A stretch of 64,000 nucleotides of DNA. Source: Octopus bimaculoides. Lineage: Eukaryota. The stretch lies in contig NC_068986.1 of assembly GCF_001194135.2 (NCBI RefSeq), positions 71,514,785-71,578,784 of the forward strand. The letters are read 5' to 3'. Below the pieces are notes generated by a model. That model was given only the letters and a program-made list of their open reading frames with translations, ran no database searches and was not told the DNA's origin. This document shows, in pieces, positions 51,875 to 63,344 of the stretch (the first letter of the stretch is position 1; each line of letters begins with the position of its first letter). A program made the translations under genes and the position numbers.

Positions 51875-52291
51875 CCAAGATTTGTTCGTCGAAAACGTGC
51901 TTTGTTTCAACCAGACAGTGCAAAGCCGCATACCACTGAAAAGACCAGCAACAATATTGAAAAATAGGACGGTGTGGAAGTTCTACTGCATCCAGATTTT
52001 AGTCGACACGTTACTCCATTTGACTACGGTGTCTTCCGATCAATGCTCACTTTATGAAAAATCGCCGATTTGAGTCATTCGATGAAGTTGCAGAAGCCTG
52101 TCAAGAATTTTTCAATTCAAAGCCGAAGGGTTGGTACTTTGACCAAATCCGAAAGCTTGCAGCTCGTTGGCAGAAGATCGTGGAAAATGATGGTCTTTAT
52201 CTTGAAGAATAGTTTTTGTTGTTTTTTAAATAAATTCTTGCATAAGAGATCATTATTTTGATACGGCGCACGAACTTTTTCCTCAACCTAG
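51875..52291 (+). mobile_element. Mariner C-terminal fragment with right TIR
   Basis: FQPDSAKPH..DGVEVLLHP..DYGVFRSM..FESFDEVAEACQEFF..NDGLYLEE*; TIR ...GCACGAACTTTTTCCTCAACCTAG then TA. Confidence 0.85.
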
Positions 52292-52319
52292 TAAAAAGAA
52301 AAGAGTAGTATTTCTCATA

Positions 52320-52762
52320 TCTTCTATCTTTTAATTGTTTCAATCATTTGACTGCAGCTATGCTGGGGTGCCACCTTGAAGGATATTTAGTCGAACGAAT
52401 CGACAGCAGTGCCTATTTGATTCTTTTAGCCTGGTACATACTTTATCGGTGACCTTTTGCCGAAATGCTATCTTACGGTGATATAAACACAGCAACACCG
52501 GTTGTCAACCGGTGGAGGTGGTGGGGGACACACAGACAAGAAGACACACTTAAACACCTACACACACACACACACACACACAAACACACAAACATATATA
52601 CGACGGGCTTCTTTCAGTTTCCGTCTAACAAATCTACTCACAATGCTTTGGTCTGCCCGAGAGTATTGTAAAAAACACTTGGACAGGGTGCCACATAGTG
52701 GGACTTAATCCGGAACCATGTGGTTGGGAAGCATGCTTCTTAAAACACAACCACGCCTACCC
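52320..52762 (-). mobile_element. SINE family B, diverged full length
   Basis: Reverse-complement match to family B head and tail. Confidence 0.85.
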
Positions 52763-52846
52763 CTATATATAGATATACGCGTGTGTATGTGTGTGTGTAT
52801 GTGTGTGTGTATGTGTGTGTCTAAAAAATAGAGACACACACATATA

Positions 52847-53326
52847 CAAGGTGCGGTGAATAAACTGTCGACTATATTACACAAAAATGAAAATAACACT
52901 GATATCTCATTTTAACATATATTTACCAAAATTAGTTAAAAGTACCTTGAAATACTAAAGAGTAAATTTATTCAATAAAACGACCTCCAGAAGATTTCAG
53001 AATCTTCTGCAACTCTTCTGGACGGCCTCCTTGTCTAAGTTGGTGAATGCTGCCATAATCCTTGCTTTCAGTTCATCTTTGGTGTTACTACAAGTTTTGT
53101 TGGTCTCTCGATCAACTGCATCCCACACATAATAATCAAGGGTTTTGCAGTCTAGTGAGTCAGGTGACCAGATGTTAGAGGTGATGTGGTGGCAGATATT
53201 TTCTGACAGCCATAACTGTGTTATCCTGCTTGTGTGGCATGGTGCAGAATCCTGTTTCCAGACATAAGGTCTCTCAGCCGTCACCCTCTTGACCCAAGGC
53301 AGCACTACCTCTTCCAGGCACTTGAT
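52847..53326 (-). mobile_element. maT (DD37D) transposon, 3' half
   Basis: IKCLEEVVLPW..QDSAPCH followed by a D 37 residues later (KTLDYYVW); TIR CAAGGTGCGGTGAATAAACTGTC after TA. Confidence 0.92.
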
Positions 53327-54317
53327 TATTGACAGTATACAAGGATAAAACATAGAGCGAATTAAGTAGTAAGTTCAGATCTATGCATTTGAAAACAATA
53401 ACTGTCATAACTTAGTTTCATTTGTATCTTCGCAGGCAAATGTAGCAATTGTCTTCTGCAGAACTCTATAGCCAGACACAACAGCAATGAATTCAGTACC
53501 GACATCCCAAGTTATATATCGTAAAAGATTTTCTGTGATTCTATATTGATTGCATAATACTGTAAAATATTATTCTTGTAACATGTTCAAATAGCACATG
53601 AATGTTTTTATATCAGTTATTTCTATATCTGAGATACCTCTCTCACCGGATCAAAGTAAAGGAAAAATCGTTGACAAACGACCTTTTTATTCTGAATTGT
53701 AACATTATAAATATTTCTCCTCTTTATCTTCCATAATACAACTCTGAAGAGAAAGCATGCTTTATTCATACTGTCACTAGAGACTTGAAGTTACATCCTT
53801 CATTCTCTTTCGCGATACTTATCAGTAATTTTAATAGGAACAAATATTGATGCTCGGAAGATCTGTTCAATACTCAACGGTATATAACAGCCGTATTTTT
53901 ATATCCTGATAATAGGATATAATTTGGATAATATATGTTATTAAAAGAAATATGGCAGGTCGTGTACGCAGAGTATTCTAATTGGAATACCAAGGAGCAG
54001 GAAAGGGTTACTAGACAGTCGATAATTCTATTTTATTAGCTTTAGATATGCGCCGCTATTGATTTTAGCCTCCTATTTTTTTATATTTCGCATGGTTAGG
54101 ATGTTATAGAAAGAATCAATGATGGCCGAATATACACATGTGCATGTATGTGTGTGTTTGTGTATGTATGTGAGTGTGTGTGTGAATGTGAGTGTGTGTG
54201 TGTGTTTGTGTCCGTGTGTGAGTGTGCTTGTGTGCGCGTACACCTCATATATATCTATATGCACATATGCTTATGTATGCGCATATATGTGTACATATAT
54301 ATGCGTACATATATATA

Positions 54318-55077
54318 CAGGATGCGATGGGTAAATTGTCACCTTTTCATATTTTTAATTTCGCGCATGCACATTGTTTGCTTTTGATTTTGTCGACTAC
54401 ACAGTATAGTAGGGTCAGTTGGGCACCGTCTGTCATAAAACCAGCACCATGACGCAATTCATTCTGCCAGAAATTTAGAAACGACATACTGTACTGCTTG
54501 GCATTCGCGCCAGAAACTCCAATACGAACATTTCAGAATGTTTGGGTGTCAATCTGAGGGCAGTGCAGAGGTTTCGGAAAGAGTTGGATTAGTCTAATGG
54601 TGATCACGAAGGTACGGCAGCTCGGAAGACTAACTCAGATCGTTTTTATAAGGAAAGAACTCCAGAATTTGTTGGTGAGATCCAGGCCATGATTGATAAC
54701 GATCTCTCATCTGTCAGGTCCATAGCCAGAGAATGGTAGTGTCTGAGTATCTTATCAGGCAGGTAGTGCCTGAAGACATTCGGTATTCCTCATACAAGAT
54801 GAGAAAGGGCCAATCTTTATCCCAAGCCATCAAGGACAAGAGGCTTTTGAACAAACGCAAGCATTCCCTCCAACCGAACATGCTTTCTCAGACGAGAAAT
54901 TTCTGCCAGGATCAGACGGGGAACACACAGAACAACCGTTGGCTTGCCGTGTTCCCAAAACATGAAGCGAAAGTGATAAAAAATCAAACATCCAATCAAT
55001 ATCATGGTGTCTGGAGTGATCACTAGTGATGGCGACGTTACACCTCCATTCATCTTCCAACACAGTTTCAGGCCTAC
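54318..55077 (+). mobile_element. maT (DD37D) transposon, 5' half
   Basis: TA then TIR CAGGATGCGATGGGTAAATTGTC; ATG at 54449 (MTQFILPEI); ends ...GVITSDGDVTPPFIF..GCCTAC. Confidence 0.9.
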
Positions 55078-55129
55078 TTAATTACAATAACCGATTTATA
55101 GTAGCTTACCTTTCTACTTGTTTTAGAAC

Positions 55130-55664
55130 ATGGGTGAGTCCATAAAATAGGATTTGACTACACCTCCATTTAGAGCACAGTTTAAGCTATCTTTTCGTGG
55201 AAGAAGGTTTATGTTCCTATAACCTGTGGTAATTCTGTAACCCTTTGAAATGGAAGATAAGAAGGTTCATTTTCGGCACTCGATGCTTTTCTTTTTCCGT
55301 AAAGGGAAAAAAATGCCTCACAAGCAAGCAAAGAAATATGCGCAGTTTACGGTGATGTTTCTTTATCTGAAAGAACTGTACGGAAGTGGATCGCAAGGTT
55401 CCGAGCTGGCGATTGTAGCCTTATTGATAAAGAGCGATCAGGCAGACTATCCACTACAGATGATGATCAAATCAAGTCATTAATTGAGAATAACCCACAT
55501 TGAACAACCCAAGAATTGGCAGAAAGCCTCAAAATATCAAAATCCGTCGTTCATGAGCTCCTGGTAAAGCTTGGGTACACAAATCGCTAAGATGTTTGGG
55601 TACCACATGAGTTGAGTGAGAAGAACCTTTTGAAAAATCAGCACGAACTTTCCGGACAACCCAA
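55130..55664 (+). mobile_element. Internally deleted mariner
   Basis: MEDKKVHFRHSMLFFFRKG..ERSGR..WVPHELSEKNL joined directly to right TIR GCACGAACTTTCCGGACAACCCAA then TA; left end approximate. Confidence 0.88.
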
Positions 55665-55684
55665 TATATATATATAGATGTATA

Positions 55685-55822
55685 TATTTCTTTATTGCCC
55701 ACAAGGGGCTAAACAAAGAGGACAGGCAAAGGGATTACGTCGATTACATCGACCCCAGTGCGTGACTGGTACTTATTTAATCGACCCCGAATGGATGAAA
55801 GGCAAAGTCAACCTCGGCGGAT
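55685..55822 (-). mobile_element. SINE family A 3' half
   Basis: Match to 62690-62850. Confidence 0.88.
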
Positions 55823-55889
55823 ATGCCCCCAGACATTATTCGCATAGGACAGTGAAAAGTAAATCTTAGTTTGATTTTTTGCAACCCTA

Positions 55890-56076
55890 AAGATTCAGCT
55901 CGCGCATTCAAAGCAAACAAGGTACAAGGCCAAACTTTACATCGTGTAGGTGTATCTTTACCCACTCCGATGTTTACTGTCAGTTATACGTCGCTATGAG
56001 TAGAGCAACGGACTCCAGTAATTTGAAAATTATTGTCGACCAAACAGAAAATATCGTCTGCAAAGAAGTTTTGTAA
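55890..56076 (+). mobile_element. Helitron PIF1-like helicase C-terminal fragment
   Basis: ANKVQGQTLHRVGV.LPTPMF..QLYVAMSRA..NLKII..TENIVCKEVL*. Confidence 0.8.
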
Positions 56077-57225
56077 TCATATTGATATTATCGAAAAGAA
56101 TATGATACATAATTTAAATAAGTAATATTTGTGAATTTTGAATGTATAAGAGTATAAACAGGCGTAAAATAGTGCAAACAACTAAAATAAAAGTATATCT
56201 AAATAGCATTTTTTTTCTTAATACTTTTTATGCAGTGGTCGAGGAAGGCTTTCGTTAGGAGTGGTCCACAAAACCATTCATGATACAGAGTCTGGGAGCC
56301 TATTTCTGTTCGGGAGTGAATCGTCATCACATGTCACTTAGTCGCAAACACATGTCATATAGTTGCAATAGAATGCTGTATCACCAACAATAATGTGATT
56401 TCTCTAAGACATCACCCAGTAATCTATCAAGTCCATTTACACATTTCTCAATACATACTGCTATTATGACTTTCCTCCCTCATTTTATGCCTCCATCGTA
56501 GATGGGTAGATATGTTAGTATGAATAATAGGCTTCCACAAAGTTTTCATGCCTACCAACTTCACTCAGCCGGTTCTATAGAAGAGATTTGAATTAAAACC
56601 GAATCCATGCATAAACTCCTGACTCCATTCAATCTCACCGTCTCCTCTCCAACAAAAAATTCTCCCTCTTCTAATTGTAACCACAATTTTCATAATTTAA
56701 AATACACAGCTCATTTCTAGTTCATCGGATATGATCCCATATTAATTCCGCATTTGCTCTTTGCATACCAATATAACCACCTTCAACAAATCATTCCTTC
56801 CACTTCACCGACTCTTTCGGCTGCGCCTCCAAAACCTTTAAATACTATTTTCTGAACAGATAGGCCGGATATTAGTCGACTGATTGACAGAACATCTGGG
56901 GGCTATCCGAATCTCCAATTTCTTCTGTCCCATGCCATTTGTCTTCCATCCTCTGCCCCATGCCATTTATTATCCGTGGATCATATTAACAGGAGCCTCT
57001 TTATTTTTAGTTTTGATTTGAACGCTAGAAACACTAGCTCTTGCCTGCGGAGAGGAGACCAACTATCTTGGAATTTTTGCATTCCCTTTCTCATTTTCTG
57101 TTAAGCGTTCTTTCTCTACATATACTTCATTCGAAATATTACGTATATTCACATTCACCACTGCATTCCACAGTCATGCAAACGCATCTACTATCCACAT
57201 TTGAAACAATTACCCACATACTATA

Positions 57226-57437
57226 CAGGGTGTCCACAAAGTCGGGGTACATGACGATTAACACATACTTTCAGAAATTGTTATTTCTTATATTTAATTT
57301 TTTATGTTATGATTTTATTTACTTCATGTACTCACATGGGGATTAACACATATTTTAAGAAATTATTATTTCTTATATTTAATTGTTTACGTTATGATTT
57401 TATTTACTCCAAGTACCCAGTCTTTGTGGACACCCTG
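57226..57437. mobile_element. Tc1/mariner-type MITE (212 bp)
   Basis: TA TSDs; 25-bp TIR CAGGGTGTCCACAAAG...GGGTAC with 3 mismatches; internal direct duplication with an 85-bp period. Confidence 0.9.
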
Positions 57438-58786
57438 TATATGTGCATTAATCTCATAGGCAGACTTAGACACAAGAAACGCACGCGCATATACACACTA
57501 ATGACACACATATCACTTGAACAAACACCTTGCTCACGCATACACATACCAATACAGAAATACGTTCGGCTATACACGAAAGACAGTTTCACATATTCCA
57601 ATTGTACAAATATGAGCATGAAATACTTACACGCTTCTATTTAAACACAAGGTACACTCAAGCACACCTGGCACACACACTTTCGAAACGAATACAAATC
57701 TGCATATATGAACATATAATACAACTGAATTAGACACGCATTCAACATTTAAACACACACAGGCACGGACACACACCCTCACACGCACGCACACGCACAC
57801 AAACGCACACACACACAGTCACTCGCGCGCGCGCTGTTCAGAATACGCAAACTTTTACACACATGCACGCACACACAGACATACAGACACTCAAACACAC
57901 ATATATGCACACACGCGTATGCACACTCCGAAATAAACAAGCATACACACAGTAGTCTCTCTCAAATACAGAGAAGTCACGTACACGCAAGCACATACAC
58001 ACGCACGTGCGTATATCCTTCCATCTTACCCCTGTTTTTGTAACACTACGGTGAACACCATATTCTTCCATCACTTCTGTGCCATTTAAAAATGGCGCGT
58101 TCATAACTCACACAAGCTTATATCCGGTTGTTTTTTCTGCTTTTGTTCTTCATCCTGCATTTCTCACTATCTGTCTTTTTTTTTCTGCGTTTCTCCTTCC
58201 GATCAAGGACTAAATAGACAGAAACTTCACAAAAACACTTCTATCTCTCCTGTTTCAAAATACAATTTTTATAATGTTGTTCGTTGGTGTTATATTGATT
58301 TAAAGTTGCACATATATGCATTTATACGTGTGTGTGTGTGTGTGTTTGCATGTATGTGTGCATATATGCATATGTGTGAGTTTGTATCAATATGCGCCAA
58401 AAGGTGCCGGTAAACATGCATATGTATGTCTAAGCATGCAGGCGCATATGAGCTTGTGAAGAAGTATGTGCATATATATGCACACACACAGACACTCACA
58501 CACACAGATATATATATACAGCACCGATGAACACAGGAATAACTGCGAAATATCAATATCTGTCGTTCTCCTGCCCCTCCGGCGCGGTTCGTTCCGCCTG
58601 ACTTTGAAGTACAATGTTTTTAACATTCTATGTCTTTGAAGGGCCTACCTAGACGAAGTATCGCAGCAGAAAACCGTTTACCGACACACAAACATTAAGT
58701 TATGCGACACTGATAATTCAATGCTGCTTCTAGCACAAAATATGAATATGTATGTGTGTGTATGTGTGTGTGTTTGTGTGTGTGTA

Positions 58787-58820
<34 letters not shown>

Positions 58821-59059
58821 TGTGTGTGTGTACGTATGTATTAATATGTACTCAACTTACTATTCGTTAACAAAAATAGTGCTGACAGTGACTTCGAAGT
58901 TTCGGACTGATTACCCTACATCGCATTTTGAGTTCATCTTAGCGTTATATAGTGTCTGTCAAATTGATTTTCTTTGGGGTAAGAGCAGACCTGTTAGATG
59001 GTGATTAGATTGTAGGATGAGTTCTGATAGAAAGAGATTATAGAAAATTTTATTCATAA

Positions 59060-59470
59060 AATTTGGCGTTGTGGTTCTTGTTCAGAGTTCAGTCAAGCAT
59101 GTAAAACTGGGTAATCAGGTGTGTCTTCTAAAGCGTGTCACCTTAGGTCTTGGGGTTATATGTAGGTTAGTTGGTCCGTAGTTGTGTGACTAGGTTTAAT
59201 TATTGCTGATAATGTTATATGAGTAGTGATAGGAGATTTGACCTGTTAGTTTCTGGAAGTTGAAGTTATTGGTCAGAGCTCAGTGTAGCATATAAGACGT
59301 TGTAGCTAGGTATACTTTTTTAGGTGTGTCAATCTTAAGTTGTTGAGTTTTTAATATAGAAATTTGCATAAACTTGTTCTTTACGTTTGACTAACGGTCA
59401 GAAGTAGGTAGAAAGTTTATTTGGTTAGCATATTTCTAACTAGGAATTAATTTTTCACGGTGTAATTTGG
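59060..59470 (-). mobile_element. Degraded LINE-like 3' region
   Basis: Strand-biased composition; 59073-59174 is an inverted homolog of 59701-59803. Confidence 0.4.
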
Positions 59471-59700
59471 CTACTAGTTAGAAAGGCTTTAAATATTTTG
59501 TAATTGTGCATGAAATCAAATACAGGAAGTATTTATAGAAACGTAGTCCTTGAACTTTTCTTCCTCGAAAAACAAAGTTTAAATTTCCTAAATAGTAATC
59601 AAATAATATGAAGGAAAATTAACTCTTACTTAGAAATACGCAAACCAACTGACAATTTCACCTATTTACATCTTTTTGTAATATCTAAAATACAAGATAA

Positions 59701-59803
59701 CCAAATTCCTATACTAAAACTCCATGACCTAAAGCTGACATTCTTAAATAGACACACTTATTTACCAAGTCTTTCATACTTGACTAAACTCTGAACAGTT
59801 ACC
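59701..59803 (+). mobile_element. Second copy of the same degraded repeat
   Basis: GACCTAA.G.TGACA..GACACAC.T..TTACC.AGT.TT.CAT.CTTGACT.AACTCTGAACA shared with the reverse complement of 59073-59174. Confidence 0.5.
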
Positions 59804-60084
59804 TCCACCTTCTCAAAACAAAAGGTTAAATCATCTAAATAGTGTTCACATTACACCAATAAAATGTAAAGAAATCTGCTGATTAACTAGCCTTTTCATC
59901 TACTTATATTCTTTTCTAAGTCCTCAAAAAACCCTTAAAAACAAACCCAAGCCTGAAGCGCAGTACGACAATGCATTATAACCCGTCTGTTGCGTGGATC
60001 AAATCGTCCACTTACTGCGATTCGTTTTAATGGCTGCAGTTGATGTTCTTCTTGTGTGGTTTTTATTCTTCAAAGCTGGCTTCC

Positions 60085-60127
<43 letters not shown>

Positions 60128-60400
60128 GAGACAGAGACAGACAACTCATCGATTGTTTAACCAGCACATTCAATAAACGATTGTTTAGTTACTTGGTTAG
60201 ATACTTAACCGATCCACTAACAAATCAAAAGTTATATTGAACCAATGCGTGATTTATTATTATTATTATTGGTATAATGAACTACTCCGGACACAAGAAA
60301 ATATACACAGGTGCATAAGCACATACATATTTGTAAATACAACCCCTCCCCCACACACACGCACACACACACATGTATATGTATATATATGTGTATGTGT

Positions 60401-60430
60401 GATGAGCCAATATATATATATTGGCTCATC
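60401..60430. repeat. Perfect 30-bp palindrome centred on (TA)5
   Basis: GATGAGCCAA-TATATATATA-TTGGCTCATC. Confidence 0.95.
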
Positions 60431-61041
60431 CAAGGTTCATTCGTGAGACGTATCAGCAAAGAAGAGCACACATTCTCTGCGCGAGATTAGACTCGGAAAG
60501 TAAGTGAGAAACCCATCGACCCGATTTGCTGACTGTTTTGATGGCACGTAGATGTCAATGAATGGTCGAATGACCAAATCCAAGCTTCTTTACTAGTTTC
60601 TCAACTGATATGATGGAATTTTTGTTCCACTAGAGTTTGCAGGACGTCTTCGTCGAGCTCTACAGATCTTCCAGGACAAGGCTCGTCTTCTTGGCTGTAG
60701 TTTCCGGCTCGAGATTTCTGGAACCACCGTCGACACTGGCTTAAGCTTATTGTCCGATCTCCATTTACTGCATTAACATTCCTCGCTCTTTCCATTGCAT
60801 TGTTGCCTTTATTGAACTCATAAAAGAAAATATGCCGAATATAGTCCTTTGTCATTTCCATTATAGCTTTGAAAAACTGTTAAAATTGAACTGCACTCTT
60901 CAAAATTTCTACTAAGAATAAGCAAAAGGTATAATTACTACCTGCTTTTATAGCAAGTTGATGCAGGTAGTTTATCCCGTCCCCTTCCGACTTTTAGCTC
61001 ATGCAATTGAAAAAAACAGTATTATTTATGGGATGACCCAA
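60421..61041 (-). mobile_element. Internally deleted mariner with both TIR tips
   Basis: TIR TTGGGTCATCCCATAAATAA at 61041; MEMTKDYIRHIFFYEFNKG..EDEPCPGR..GRWVSHLLSE..RLTNEP, then TIR tip TTGGCTCATCC at 60421. Confidence 0.88.
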
Positions 61042-61612
61042 TATGTATATATATATATATNNNNNNNNNNNNNNNNNNNNNNNNNNNNNNNNNNNNNNNN
61101 NNNNNNNNNNNNNNNNNNNNNNNNNNNNNNNNNNNNNNNNNNNNNNNNNNNNNNNNNNNNNNNNNNNNNNNNNNNNNNNNNNNNNNNNNNNNNNNNNNNN
61201 NNNNNNNNNNNNNNNNNNNNNNNNNNNNNNNNNNNNNNNNNNNNNNNNNNNNNNNNNNNNNNNNNNNNNNNNNNNNNNNNNNNNNNNNNNNNNNNNNNNN
61301 NNNNNNNNNNNNNNNNNNNNNNNNNNNNNNNNNNNNNNNNNNNNNNNNNNNNNNNNNNNNNNNNNNNNNNNNNNNNNNNNNNNNNNNNTTTCATACATGA
61401 AACAAAACTCTGTTAAACTTTATATCTAACATGAGGCCCCGAGAATAGTTTTTAGAAATAATTCTCTGTTATAACAAAAGCTAACTAAACCTATAAACAT
61501 AAGAACGACTTTATAGCAGAATCTATTGCGAAACTCTGGTTTTGAGAAGCGTAATTTTCAAATTTTCAAATACATATTTTATTTGACAAAATATCAACCC
61601 ATAATTTTAACA

Positions 61613-61645
<33 letters not shown>

Positions 61646-61949
61646 TGTGTGTATGTATATGTATATGATTTATATATTTCATATATTTCTATGTGATCTG
61701 AAATTTGTTGGACGATACGCACCTTCACTTTTCACTGGATCTCTTCTTTCACGAGAATACACGCACTCACATAAACACTTGCGCCCACATGCACAGGTTT
61801 AAGTGGGAAAGAAAAAGGTTTGGCTTAGACAGTGGAAGGGGATGTGACTGGGTTGGGTGGAATGCTGATGAACATGCGGAGAAAAGGGGAGAGAAGGCAA
61901 AGCAGAGGGAAAGATGTGTAATTCTAAATGTGGCAGTGGGGGTACTGAT

Positions 61950-62600
61950 CAGAAAATTGATGGGATGAATTTAAGCTAAGAGAAGAGTAAACTCTGAGAA
62001 AGAAGTTGAACTCTTGTTCTCTTAAGAATTGAAAGGTGGGAAATCCGGTTTTGGAAGCCAAGTTAAAAAAACTGGGAAATGTTAGTGCAGAAATTTTGAG
62101 AGACGAGTAACCTGTTGCCAAGTCGGATTTCTCTGCGGTTCTTCGCGGAACTGTCAGTTAGTTTGCTCGGTGTGGATCGAACTGAAGAAAACAACACTAC
62201 AGCGCGTGTATGTGTTTGGTAGTGGTGTACTAGAAAGAGCGCTTTATATGGAAAGTTCAGAGTAGGATCCGGTGAGGATGTTGATGATGGAAAAGAAAGG
62301 GTAGTTATAGAAGCGGGATTGAGAACACAGAAGACATCATGATGAGGACAGAATATGAGGAGGAGAGTTCGCCGATAAGGAGGGTGTATACTTTCCAGGT
62401 GCACCTAAAGGTGACAATGTGTGGGAAAGAGAAGAAACGAGGTGTAGAGGTGTCAAGCTTCAGACATGGCAGAAAAGGCGGAAGATGGTGCGGAGACAAG
62501 TGAAAGGAAAAGGTATATAGTGAGTTGGTTATCAGACGATGACTGTAAGGGTTGAAGTCCTCTTATAGGCACGAGTGCAAAAGTTCGATTCTCATCTAGA
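61950..62600 (-). mobile_element. L2/CR1-group LINE endonuclease-linker remnant
   Basis: Minus-strand traces TSSPDP..LSSTPL and VSQNFCTNISQ, resembling the LTS.PD..PLGSSDH and ISNNFC motifs. Confidence 0.45.
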
Positions 62601-62689
62601 CTTGCAACTGTATACTTGATTGCCGCCGGGTCTACATTGGCTATATTTTATGCGCGCACACACACACATACATATATACATACGCTCTT

Positions 62690-62927
62690 ATTTCTTTATT
62701 GCCCACAGGGGTCTAAATATGGAGGGGACAAGCAAGGACAGACAAAAGGATTAAGTCGATTACATCGACCCCAGTGCGTAACTGGTACTGAATTTATCGA
62801 CCCCGAAAGGATGAAAGGCAAAGGCAAAGTCAACCTCGGCGGAGTTTGAACTCAGAACGTAACGGCAGACGAAATACCGCTAAGCATTTCGCCCGGGGTG
62901 CTAACGGTTCTGCCAGCTTTCCGCCTC
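62690..62927 (-). mobile_element. SINE family A, full length
   Basis: Well-preserved head and tail; small AGGCAA duplication. Confidence 0.92.
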
Positions 62928-62929
62928 GC

Positions 62930-63205
62930 ATACGCTCTATCATACCAACCGTCTAACGATTACATACACATTGCTCCCCATTTATTCTCACTTCTGGACA
63001 TGGATACACTCTTATACTTGCATCTACACTGCATCCCCTTTTCCTTTCTTAACTACCTTCCACAGAACGGTATTTCCACCTGGTCTCTAACCCTTCTCCC
63101 TTTTTATTATTTTTTAAAATCTCTCACTGACCAGTTCTCTTTCTCACTTTTCGTATACTTCACCATTTCTTCTGATGAATGAATGACATTCGAAACATTA
63201 AAAAT
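62930..63205 (+). mobile_element. Probable Penelope-like 3' end
   Basis: FLNYLPQNGIS resembles the PLE L.TL.P.G.N terminus; pyrimidine-rich UTR, then a hammerhead-like core. Confidence 0.45.
63172..63200 (+). ncRNA. Degenerate minimal hammerhead-like motif
   Basis: CTGATGA-AT-GAAT-GAC-ATTC-GAAAC-ATTA. Confidence 0.45.
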
Positions 63206-63302
63206 TTTTTTTTTATTTTCATTAAAACTTTAAATCCGTACCTTATTTGTTAAATCTTGTCCTTCTTTGTCGTCCCCTTTTATTGTTTTTTTTGTAGTTA
63301 CA

Positions 63303-63344
<42 letters not shown>

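Noticed and set aside
58880-58978. 99-nt symmetric plus-strand exon candidate (LTVTSKFRTDYPTSHFEFILALYSVCQIDFLW)
   Set aside because: Good donor, but the acceptor lacks a pyrimidine tract; no other support.
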